64,000 nt of DNA from a virus, in IMG/VR virus record IMGVR_UViG_3300028895_000881, positions 1-64,000 of that record. The stretch is one strand, 5' to 3'. Position 1 is the first letter of the stretch, and the number at the start of each line of letters is the position of its first letter. Of this stretch, positions 7,708 through 14,955 are shown piece by piece. The notes under the pieces are model-generated. The model ran no database searches and was not told the DNA's origin. It saw nothing but the letters and a program-made list of their open reading frames with translations. The position numbers and the translations under genes were made by a program.

Positions 7708-8271
7708 TCAGTACTTCAATCCTTTGCGGTACCGTGCGTTTTTCTTTTTCTGACGTGTGCGTCCTCGTCCTCGGTTACGGCCTTTCGCAAAAGGGCTTAG
7801 TGCGTGGCAGTTTGGGCAGATGAGTCGGACGTTTTCTTCAGCATTGTTGTCAGAGTTCCCGTCGATGTGGTCCATTTCCAGAGGAATCGGTTTTTTGAGC
7901 CAGTGAGTCCTTCCACAACCTTCGCAGCGATGAGAGCGTGTCCGCAAAAGGTATCGCCTCCGGGTTTGGTCTGAAGTAATCTCCGTCCATGCCTTACGTC
8001 CTAAATGTTCTCCTTGTTCGATGCAGGCATCGCAGTAAGTGTTGAAATGACCTACCGCGTATGCTCGCGTGGGTTCCCCACAGTTTTTGCAAGGTGGAGG
8101 GGCTTGGCCGGTGCCAACTCGGTTTCGAGTCTTCTTGGCCGCACAGGAGTGGTCGCAGTATTTGGCTTGCCGTTTTTCGTAAGGGAGTTCTTTCTGGCAG
8201 TACGCACACAGTTTGGGGTTTTGCTTGTAAGCGGCCTTCGCTGCTAAAGATCGTTTGGTGCTGCTATGCAC
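7708..8271 (-). CDS. HNH endonuclease inserted between tRNA-Thr genes
   Basis: CEGCG...PLEMDHIDGNSDNN..ENVRLICPNCH; probable GTG start at 8271, since the longer ORF call runs through two tRNAs. Confidence 0.85.
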   Translation of the reverse strand: MHSSTKRSLAAKAAYKQNPKLCAYCQKELPYEKRQAKYCDHSCAAKKTRNRVGTGQAPPPCKNCGEPTRAYAVGHFNTYCDACIEQGEHLGRKAWTEITSDQTRRRYLLRTRSHRCEGCGRTHWLKKPIPLEMDHIDGNSDNNAEENVRLICPNCHALSPFAKGRNRGRGRTRQKKKNARYRKGLKY

Positions 8272-8306
8272 GGAGTTAAAATAGCACGTCGCTTTGACTC
8301 GTGCCG

Positions 8307-8382
8307 TGGAGCCGCCGGGGGGACTCGAACCCCCTGCCTCTTGATTACGAATCAAGTGCACTGCCAGTTGTGCTTCAGCGGC
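8307..8382 (-). tRNA. tRNA-Thr(CGT)
   Basis: CTTGA-TTCGTAA-TCAAG anticodon arm, CCA end. Confidence 0.9.
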
Positions 8383-8426
8383 ATGGTAAAGGCTATCCAG
8401 GCATGTCTTTCCTTGAGTGAAGAGTT

Positions 8427-8502
8427 TGGAGCTGACGATAGGAGTCGAACCTACAACCCCCTGATTACAAATCAGGTGCTCTGCCAATTGAGCTACGCCA
8501 GC
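8427..8502 (-). tRNA. tRNA-Thr(TGT)
   Basis: CCTGA-TTTGTAA-TCAGG anticodon arm, CCA end. Confidence 0.9.
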
Positions 8503-8613
8503 TTGAGTGGCCAGCGTGGCCAGCGTGGCCAGGTCCGCGTTGAGCTCCCCTTCCGGGGTCCCCGGCGGGTGTTCTTCACTCTGTTAGAGGTCGGTCTACA
8601 CGCCGGGAAATGC

Positions 8614-8709
8614 TCAACACGAGGTCGTATCGCCCATAATGGGGCGTACGACGGCCACGACGACCATGGCGGTCGTTGTCGTGGTGAGTTCTGTCGTGGA
8701 GCGTTTCAT
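8614..8709 (-). CDS. thrL-like leader peptide MKRSTTELTTTTTAMVVVAVVRPIMGDTTSC
   Basis: 31 aa with 9 Thr and 5 Val; lies between a sigma70-like promoter and the first tRNA-Thr. Confidence 0.7.
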   Translation of the reverse strand: MKRSTTELTTTTTAMVVVAVVRPIMGDTTSC

Positions 8710-8755
8710 GGCGTGAGTTCCGAGTCGCCGGCCTGCCAAGGGAGGCGACAGAGTG

Positions 8756-8784
8756 GGTCTACTTTCCCTCTGACGAGAAGTCAA
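8756..8784 (-). promoter_or_regulatory. Sigma70-like promoter for the minus-strand tRNA operon
   Basis: TTGACT-17 nt-TAGACC. Confidence 0.6.
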
Positions 8785-8862
8785 GAGGACCCTTCAACTT
8801 TTTTGGCGTCGTCGCGCACGTCTTGTTGACACGAGGTGATAGCGACCCTATCCTCTTCATGA

Positions 8863-9099
8863 ATGGCCGACAAGAACATCAAGACCGGCATCGTCGAACT
8901 CGACGAGCTTCTCTCCGGAGAGGGTCGGTTGGACCTGTCTGTCTTCTCGGCCGGACCGGGCAAAACCACCTTGCGCGAGCAGATGATCAAAAAAGCTCTC
9001 GAGGGAGGTGCGGTCTACGTGGATTTCGACTTCGAGATGAAGCCGAAGTTTGACGAAGAAGCTCTCGGCGTTCCGCCGGACAAGCCCATCATGCCCTAG
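8863..9099 (+). CDS. Small hypothetical protein
   Basis: 78-aa ORF followed by a hairpin with an 11-bp base (9093-9140). Confidence 0.5.
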   Translation: MADKNIKTGIVELDELLSGEGRLDLSVFSAGPGKTTLREQMIKKALEGGAVYVDFDFEMKPKFDEEALGVPPDKPIMP

Positions 9100-9153
9100 C
9101 CCGGCTCGAGCGCGTGGTGCTCTCGGGTTCGGGCTAGGGCGGAAAGCCCAGGC

Positions 9154-9438
9154 ATGTCCCAACGAGCACTTCGTCGTCATCACCGCGATCGTATGATCGC
9201 CCGAGCCCGCCACGTCACCCGACGCTGGCACAACTCCTACGAGCAAGACTGGAACGATCCTCTTACTCGTCCCGACCACACCAAAGCGGACGAGCAAGCG
9301 ACTCGGATCCACGACCACCTCAAGGTCTGCTCCTGTTCCGGATGCGGCAACCCTCGACGTGGGGGTTGGGATGAGCCGCGTACTCGACAGGAGCTTCGAG
9401 CCGAGCTCGACCTTCAAGACCAGCTCGAAGAAATCTGA
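9154..9438 (+). CDS. Small basic protein with CSCSGCGNPRR motif
   Basis: 94-aa ORF, Arg-rich N-terminus, Cys cluster. Confidence 0.6.
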   Translation: MSQRALRRHHRDRMIARARHVTRRWHNSYEQDWNDPLTRPDHTKADEQATRIHDHLKVCSCSGCGNPRRGGWDEPRTRQELRAELDLQDQLEEI

Positions 9439-9447
9439 ATCACAGGG

Positions 9448-9476
9448 TTGACTTCTTCGTCAACGGCCCCTAGAAC
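9448..9476 (+). promoter_or_regulatory. Sigma70-like promoter for the Lys tRNA operon
   Basis: TTGACT-17 nt-TAGAAC; overlaps the palindrome TTGAC-N6-GTCAA. Confidence 0.6.
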
Positions 9477-9486
9477 GAGACGCATC

Positions 9487-9519
9487 ATGTTCTGCATGAA
9501 ACGCAAGTCCAAGCTTTAG
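9487..9519 (+). CDS. Lys-rich leader mini-ORF (MFC)MKRKSKL
   Basis: Directly after the promoter; codons AAA, AAG, AAG; followed by hairpin 9519-9553 and then tRNA-Lys. Confidence 0.5.
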   Translation: MFCMKRKSKL

Positions 9520-9572
9520 CCCGTGGGGATGGTTCACTCCGTCCTTCACGGGCGTCGTAGTGATACATCCTC

Positions 9573-9646
9573 GGGCCGGTAGCTCAGTCTGCGTAGAGCG
9601 AGGGACTCTTACCCCCTAGGCGTGAGTTCGAATCTCACCCGGCTCT
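9573..9646 (+). tRNA. tRNA-Lys(CTT), imperfect anticodon stem
   Basis: GGGCCGG/CCGGCTC acceptor, AGGGA-CTCTTAC-CCCCT, GTGAG-TTCGAAT-CTCAC; no encoded CCA. Confidence 0.75.
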
Positions 9647-9756
9647 CTTCAACGAGGATCGCAAACATGGTCGTGTAAAACAGACGGCCAGCGACTCCTC
9701 GGGCAGAGAAGGTGATCGCCAACGGGCAGCGTTGGAACGATGTCTCCTGCCAACCT

Positions 9757-9842
9757 GGGCCGAACGCACAGTCTGGTTGGTGCAGCGGACTTTTAATCCG
9801 CCGGACGAAAGTCCCTCGTGGGTTCAAATCCCACTCGGCTCT
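9757..9842 (+). tRNA. tRNA-Lys(TTT) with long variable arm
   Basis: GCGGA-CTTTTAA-TCCGC, variable arm GGAC-GAAA-GTCC, T arm GTGGG-TTCAAAT-CCCAC. Confidence 0.8.
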
Positions 9843-9844
9843 CT

Positions 9845-9935
9845 GAGAAACACAGCGCGTGGGCATCTCCTGCTAGCGGGGGTTCCGGTTCGACTCCGGA
9901 TGGGCTGTAGAGGATCGTACCCTCATGTGTTTCTC
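9845..9935 (+). ncRNA. Structured tRNA-mimic ncRNA candidate
   Basis: 10-bp closing stem GAGAAACACA/TGTGTTTCTC enclosing a canonical T arm TCCGG-TTCGACT-CCGGA and two more hairpins. Confidence 0.45.
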
Positions 9936-9939
9936 TCCT

Positions 9940-10013
9940 GGGCCCATAGCTCAACCTGGTAGAGCAGCAGACTCTTAATCTGACGGTTGAAGGTTCAATT
10001 CCTTCTGGGCTCA
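9940..10013 (+). tRNA. tRNA-Lys(CTT)
   Basis: GCAGA-CTCTTAA-TCTGA anticodon arm, normal D and T arms. Confidence 0.85.
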
Positions 10014-10036
10014 CTACCTCTCGGTAAAATAGACAC

Positions 10037-10456
10037 ATGGCACGATCACGACCACTACAGGAAGCCCACCAGATCGCAGAGGCATACTCCCGCGAGCTGG
10101 ATCGTCGTGCCCGCGAATCGAAGACGATGGACAGCCGCTTCAACTACGCGGTGCAAGTTCTTCACGAAGAGGGCACCTCGTTCTTCTACCGGAACGCTTT
10201 CACGGTGCGGTGGGGGATCTGGCACATCGTCATCCCCGAACACCACGACATCGCCGTCTACGCGAACGACGAAGTACAGGTCTTCATGTTCAAGATGGCC
10301 CCGGACGAAGTCGAGGAGATCGCGGACGTGTCCCAGCTCGGTATCGACGAAGCCACGCTCGAGTGGGGTCCGGACCCCTACGGCACGCTGAAACGCAAGG
10401 CCGAGGAGGACGCCGCACTCGAAGCGGAAGACCCCTCGGCCGACCCCAACCTTTAG
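10037..10456 (+). CDS. Hypothetical protein
   Basis: 139-aa ORF; TAAAAT box 6 nt upstream of ATG. Confidence 0.65.
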   Translation: MARSRPLQEAHQIAEAYSRELDRRARESKTMDSRFNYAVQVLHEEGTSFFYRNAFTVRWGIWHIVIPEHHDIAVYANDEVQVFMFKMAPDEVEEIADVSQLGIDEATLEWGPDPYGTLKRKAEEDAALEAEDPSADPNL

Positions 10457-10548
10457 GGCGGGTATAGCGTAGCTGGCCGAACGCACCGGACTTTTAATCC
10501 GGCGAAGAGAAATCCCCATCGTGGGTTCGAATCCCACCCCGCTCTCCA
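10456..10548 (+). tRNA. tRNA-Lys(TTT) with long variable region
   Basis: CCGGA-CTTTTAA-TCCGG, 18-nt variable region, GTGGG-TTCGAAT-CCCAC, CCA end. Confidence 0.8.
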
Positions 10549-10580
10549 CTTTGAATTGCGATCGTGGTATAAAAGCCTCG

Positions 10581-11024
10581 ATGCAACGGAAAAAGTGCGG
10601 CACATGCAAACGGAGTCGCATGGTGAAGTTTTTCAACGCCAAGGCCGCAAGCCCTGACGGCCTCCAAAGCACGTGCCGCGATTGCAACCGTCGAAACGCC
10701 AAAGCGTACTACGAACGAAATCGAGACTCACACAAAAAGAAAATGGTCGCCTACGCAGCGAAATACAAAAGCCGCGTCGCCCGGCAAGTGTGGGACTACC
10801 TTCTGGAACACCCCTGTGTGGACTGCGGAGAAACCGACCCGGTGGTCTTGGACTTCGACCACGTTCGTGGCACAAAATTCAGACCCATCAGCAGTATGCT
10901 CGCCAACAAAATGTCCTGGAAACGCATTCAGGACGAAATCACCAAGTGTGAAGTACGGTGTGCTAACTGCCATCGCCGGAAGACCGCCAAGGATTTCAAC
11001 TGGCACGCCAGTTTCCGCGACTGA
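10581..11024 (+). CDS. HNH-like endonuclease
   Basis: KKCGTC...DGLQSTCRDC, PCVDCG...LDFDHV...KCEVRCANCHRRKT. Confidence 0.8.
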   Translation: MQRKKCGTCKRSRMVKFFNAKAASPDGLQSTCRDCNRRNAKAYYERNRDSHKKKMVAYAAKYKSRVARQVWDYLLEHPCVDCGETDPVVLDFDHVRGTKFRPISSMLANKMSWKRIQDEITKCEVRCANCHRRKTAKDFNWHASFRD

Positions 11025-11077
11025 TTCGCCCGAGTAGGCTCTCATTTTCTTTCCTATAGCCCTCCTTTTCCAGGACG

Positions 11078-11998
11078 ATGGCAGCGTTAGCACTAGATGG
11101 GGGAGGCGTCCGAGGTCTCATCACAGCCGCGTGGCTGGAGTATCTCGACGAGCACACCGACAAACCCCTGCTCGACTACTTCGACGTGGTTGCCGGCACC
11201 AGCGCCGGGAGCATCAACGCGATGGGCCTCGCGTTAGGACTCTCTGGCCGCGATGTTCGCGAGCTCTTCCAAGTGAACGCACCAGAGATCTTCCCATGGT
11301 GTCTTCCCCGGTGGGCCGACAAGGCTGCCCGGATCCCGAGTCAGGGTCTCTCCTCGCCCAAGTACGGCTCAGAACGTCTCGTCGATGCGATGCGCAACGT
11401 GTTTGGTGAGCGCCTCTTCGGTGACGCAAAGATCCGCTGCCTGGTGACCACGTACTCGATGACTGAATCTCGAGCACTGATCCTCGACAGCGCGAACCCG
11501 GACCATGCCGATCTCCCGATGTGGAAGGTCGTCGCAGCCTCCTCGGCCGCGCCGGTGTTCTTCCCGGCCATGTGCCTCAAAGTCGGGGGTGTCGATCATG
11601 TTGTCGTGGATGGAGGTGTCGCCATCAACGACCCGGCCCTCACGGCCAGCACCGCGCTTCGTGAAATGACGGGCAAGGATTTCACGAATCTGTTCCTGCT
11701 GAGCCTCGGTACCGGACACCCTGTTACCAAGGACAAGCTGTACGAGCTCAAGGGTGCGGGTCTGTGGGACTGGGGCATCGGCCTCGTGCACTTCCTTCTG
11801 ACGGCTCCGAGCGACCACACGGACTACGTGTGCCGCCGCCTTCACGGTGACAACTACCACCGTGTGCAGGTCCGAGTCCCCTACGATGAGTTCGACATCG
11901 ACGACGCTTCGAAGAAGAACCTCGAACGTCTCCTCCACACGGCAGCTTCGGCGTTCAGCGAGCTCGATCCGATCGTCGAAGCGCTGGAGTCCCTTTAG
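11078..11998 (+). CDS. Patatin-like phospholipase
   Basis: DGGGVRG oxyanion loop, GTSAG nucleophile motif, SSAAP, DGG. Confidence 0.92.
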   Translation: MAALALDGGGVRGLITAAWLEYLDEHTDKPLLDYFDVVAGTSAGSINAMGLALGLSGRDVRELFQVNAPEIFPWCLPRWADKAARIPSQGLSSPKYGSERLVDAMRNVFGERLFGDAKIRCLVTTYSMTESRALILDSANPDHADLPMWKVVAASSAAPVFFPAMCLKVGGVDHVVVDGGVAINDPALTASTALREMTGKDFTNLFLLSLGTGHPVTKDKLYELKGAGLWDWGIGLVHFLLTAPSDHTDYVCRRLHGDNYHRVQVRVPYDEFDIDDASKKNLERLLHTAASAFSELDPIVEALESL

Positions 11999-12080
11999 CC
12001 GCCTTCCGGGCATGACCGGCTTCCTCTATCCTTGTTTTTTGACGGAAGAGAAAATAGGTTGCGAGCAGCAAAAGGAGGGC

Positions 12081-12983
12081 ATGGGACGCCCTCGAAAACA
12101 ACTACCCGATGAGGAGATTGTAGCTCTTTACCAGGAAGGCCACTCCGAATCGTCTTTGGCACAACGATTCAGAACAAGTCGAAGCTCCATACATCGCCGT
12201 CTCGTTTCTGCGGGAGTCGACCCTCGCAACGCTGTTGAGACCACCGCTCTACGGACTCGGAAAACTTTCCCTGTTACGGAGAGGTTCCTCGAACTCGTGG
12301 ATGGCCTCCTTCTGGGGGATGCTTGGATTGAGGTATACGGCACTAGCGAAGGGCGTCTAGGGCTGGAGCAGACCTGTCATCACGAAGCATGGATCGAAGC
12401 GGTGGCGAAAGAGTTCGCTGGGCTAAACATCTCAACCAATCATAAATGCCGACGTGCCCGGAAAAAATCCGTGGTTTTAAGGACGCACAAATACATGCCT
12501 TTTACCGCGCAACGGCATCGGTGGTACCCAAAAGGTGAGAAGCGTGTTCCTGTTGATGTGCATCTCTCTCCTCGCTCTCTTGCTCACTGGTACTGGGGAG
12601 ACGGGGCTACGGTGAATGATGGGTATGGGATGCTTTTTCACACTGAGGGGTTCAACGAAGAGGATGTCGCACTGCTCCGAGCAAGACTGAAAAAAGTTTA
12701 CGGATGGGACACAACCCAACGGGAACGGCGCCCAGGCCAATTCACGATTGGCCTGTACCGACAAAAATATCGAGATGAGCTCGTGAAGTTGATCGAACCC
12801 TACTGTCCTTCATGTTTCCGATACAAAATCAAAACAAGAACCAGAGCGCCATCGAAAATTTCTGAAGTCGAGGCCGAGTTACGCACACTTAGATCTGAAG
12901 GGCTCACTCAGCGACAAATTTCTGAACACTTTCGAATGTCCCCAGGTTGGGGAGGATGGGCCTGCCGAAAACTCGGCATCTGA
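12081..12983 (+). CDS. Free-standing LAGLIDADG homing endonuclease with HTH motifs
   Basis: LVDGLLLGDA and LAHWYWGDG motifs; AAGGAGG SD before ATG 12081. Confidence 0.85.
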   Translation: MGRPRKQLPDEEIVALYQEGHSESSLAQRFRTSRSSIHRRLVSAGVDPRNAVETTALRTRKTFPVTERFLELVDGLLLGDAWIEVYGTSEGRLGLEQTCHHEAWIEAVAKEFAGLNISTNHKCRRARKKSVVLRTHKYMPFTAQRHRWYPKGEKRVPVDVHLSPRSLAHWYWGDGATVNDGYGMLFHTEGFNEEDVALLRARLKKVYGWDTTQRERRPGQFTIGLYRQKYRDELVKLIEPYCPSCFRYKIKTRTRAPSKISEVEAELRTLRSEGLTQRQISEHFRMSPGWGGWACRKLGI

Positions 12984-12994
12984 AAGGATAAACC

Positions 12995-13676
12995 ATGGAA
13001 ACGTTACTCGTTGAAATCAGGAGTGGGGAGGGCGGCGAAGATGCCAAACTCCTCGTACAAGAGCAATACCGTATTTACAGCCGGTATTGCTCTTTGGAGC
13101 GTCTTTGACCACGAACTACTCGAGGATCGCCCCGGCTTTTTGCTGATGCGCGTCACGGGTAGGAACGCCTCCCAAGCGTTCTGCCATGAGTCCGGTGGGC
13201 ACCGTTTTCAGCGCGTACCACCCAACGAAAAAAGAGGCCGGGTACACACCAGTACGGTGACGGTAGCCATTCTCGAGGAACCTTCAGAACACGAAGTTCG
13301 CATTGACCCTCGTGATCTTGAAGAGCAGTTCACTCGAGGATCGGGCAAAGGAGGCCAGCACCGGAACAAGACGGATACGTGCGTGATCCTAAAACACAAA
13401 CCGTCGGGCATTCAGGTGCGAGTAGACGGTGGCCGCAGCCAGGCAGACAACCGTCTCTCTGCGTTAGGCATTTTGAGAGCTCGCCTAAAAGCCGCAGGGA
13501 CAACCAAAAAAACCAAAGAGCGGAATGCCAAGCGACGTCGTCAGGTGGGCACCGGAATGAGGGGAGATAAAGTACGCACTATCGCCATGCAGCGCGACAC
13601 CGTCACCGACCACAACACAGGCAAAACAATGAGGGCCAAACATTACCTGCGAGGAAACCTCAGCGATCTTTGGTAA
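12995..13676 (+). CDS. Minimal class-I peptide chain release factor (RF1-like), expressed via +1 programmed frameshift at 13103-13109
   Basis: ORF1 METLLVEIRSGEGGEDA...ERL ends CTT-TGA-C; +1 frame carries HESGGHRFQRVPPNEKRGRVHTS and GSGKGGQHRNKTD (GGQ); about 226 aa, lacks domain 1. Confidence 0.88.
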
Positions 13677-13765
13677 CCTAGAGCACCCCATCAAGACTTT
13701 TCACTCTAGATGGGGTGCGCGTTTGCGCGTTCGTATCTTTGAGGTCACACTAGTGTTTCGGAGGT

Positions 13766-14053
13766 GTGACCGTGAACAAGACAAACCGATGGCTGACCTG
13801 GACCTTTGCAGCACTGACGGGAGCGATGGTTTTCCTTGGGGCTGGATTGACGTCCCTGGATGCCGCTAGCAGCCCCAATGAGCGAGCAGCTCAGGAGGCG
13901 GGACAATGGATGGATGATCTCGGGTCCGTGCGGTCGAGCGAGCTTGTCTACTCCGAAGATTTCGGACACCCCGTCTGGCGTGTTCGTGGAACTTCCACGA
14001 CAGTGATCATGGACGGCGAGTACGATCTGGTCGGTCTCGAATTTCACGACTGA
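13766..14053 (+). CDS. Small membrane-anchored or secreted protein
   Basis: N-terminal hydrophobic segment. Confidence 0.55.
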   Translation: MTVNKTNRWLTWTFAALTGAMVFLGAGLTSLDAASSPNERAAQEAGQWMDDLGSVRSSELVYSEDFGHPVWRVRGTSTTVIMDGEYDLVGLEFHD

Positions 14054-14718
14054 TCTTCGTCCTCGTCCTCGACAAGTTCACCTTCGACCGGGATGCCGAC
14101 CACGTCGATGACCTGCGCGAGCTCGGGCGGGATCTGAAGTACACGTCCCTTCGACTCGATGGCCTCGAGCGCCTTGCGCTCCTTGGCCGCCTCCGCGAGC
14201 TCGAAGATCTTCTGTGCGAGTTGGCCGAGATCGATCTGCGTGACCGTAGCGACCTGTTCCTTGAGCGCTTTGTTCTCCTGTTCGAGCTGCGTGATCCGAG
14301 CTTCCATCGCCGCAGCCAAAGCGTACTGCTGCTTTTCGACACGATGAACGTGCTCGTTCGTGTTGCGGATCTCCACCTTGTTCCTGCGGGCTCGTTCCAT
14401 GTACTCCGCAGTCAAAGTTTTGCCAGGGCCGGGACACGAAAGCTCGATGTTCGAGTTGATTCGTTTGCCGGCGTTGTCTTGGTAGCGCCACAACCGTTCA
14501 GGAGTTCCAACTGGAGCTTGCGGGTCTCCACGTCGAAGCTCGGTCACAAAACAGATCAAACAAGTTCTGGGACCAACGGCCCCATAGTGGCTCGACGGCA
14601 TGTTGAAAGAGTCTGTTCCTCCCCATTTATGTTCTCGGAACTCGAGCACTTCGTCGTCCTCGGACACGAGCTCGATGGGAGGCACCCTCCCGGGAAGGGT
14701 TTTAGGGCGGTCGGCCAC
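14044..14718 (-). CDS. Hypothetical coiled-coil protein
   Basis: 224 aa with heptad-like central region. Confidence 0.65.
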   Translation of the reverse strand: MADRPKTLPGRVPPIELVSEDDEVLEFREHKWGGTDSFNMPSSHYGAVGPRTCLICFVTELRRGDPQAPVGTPERLWRYQDNAGKRINSNIELSCPGPGKTLTAEYMERARRNKVEIRNTNEHVHRVEKQQYALAAAMEARITQLEQENKALKEQVATVTQIDLGQLAQKIFELAEAAKERKALEAIESKGRVLQIPPELAQVIDVVGIPVEGELVEDEDEDQS

Positions 14719-14955
14719 CCTACATGTTACCGAACAAGCACTTCTTGAGACGAAGCCAGAACCGCCTCCAGCGACCTCTTCGACGACGCCGACGAATTTC
14801 CCTCTCTGTCATCGGGCGCACCAAGATGGCGTTCTTCATCGTCCCAAGCACCTCGTGATAGCCGGGCTCCGTCGTAACTTCCACCCAGATCACGTCGCCG
14901 TGCTGGAAGAACGCGCTGTCCAACACGGGATACCAGAACCTCTGTCGAACGAGCT

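Noticed and set aside
8272-8487. N-terminal extension of the HNH ORF (MAEHLICNQG...)
   Set aside because: It is the translation of two tRNA-Thr genes; a start near 8271 is more plausible
8863-9099. AGPGKTT as a Walker A ATPase
   Set aside because: Protein is only 78 aa with no convincing remainder of the fold
9867-9882. CTA in a hairpin loop as an amber suppressor tRNA or sign of recoding
   Set aside because: The loop is only 4 nt and there is no D arm; genes in the window end normally at TAG/TGA/TAA with no sign of stop reassignment
13011-13102. TTG-started N-terminus of the release factor ORF
   Set aside because: The RF-like N-terminus (LVEIRSGEGG) is in another frame from ATG 12995 and joins by frameshift
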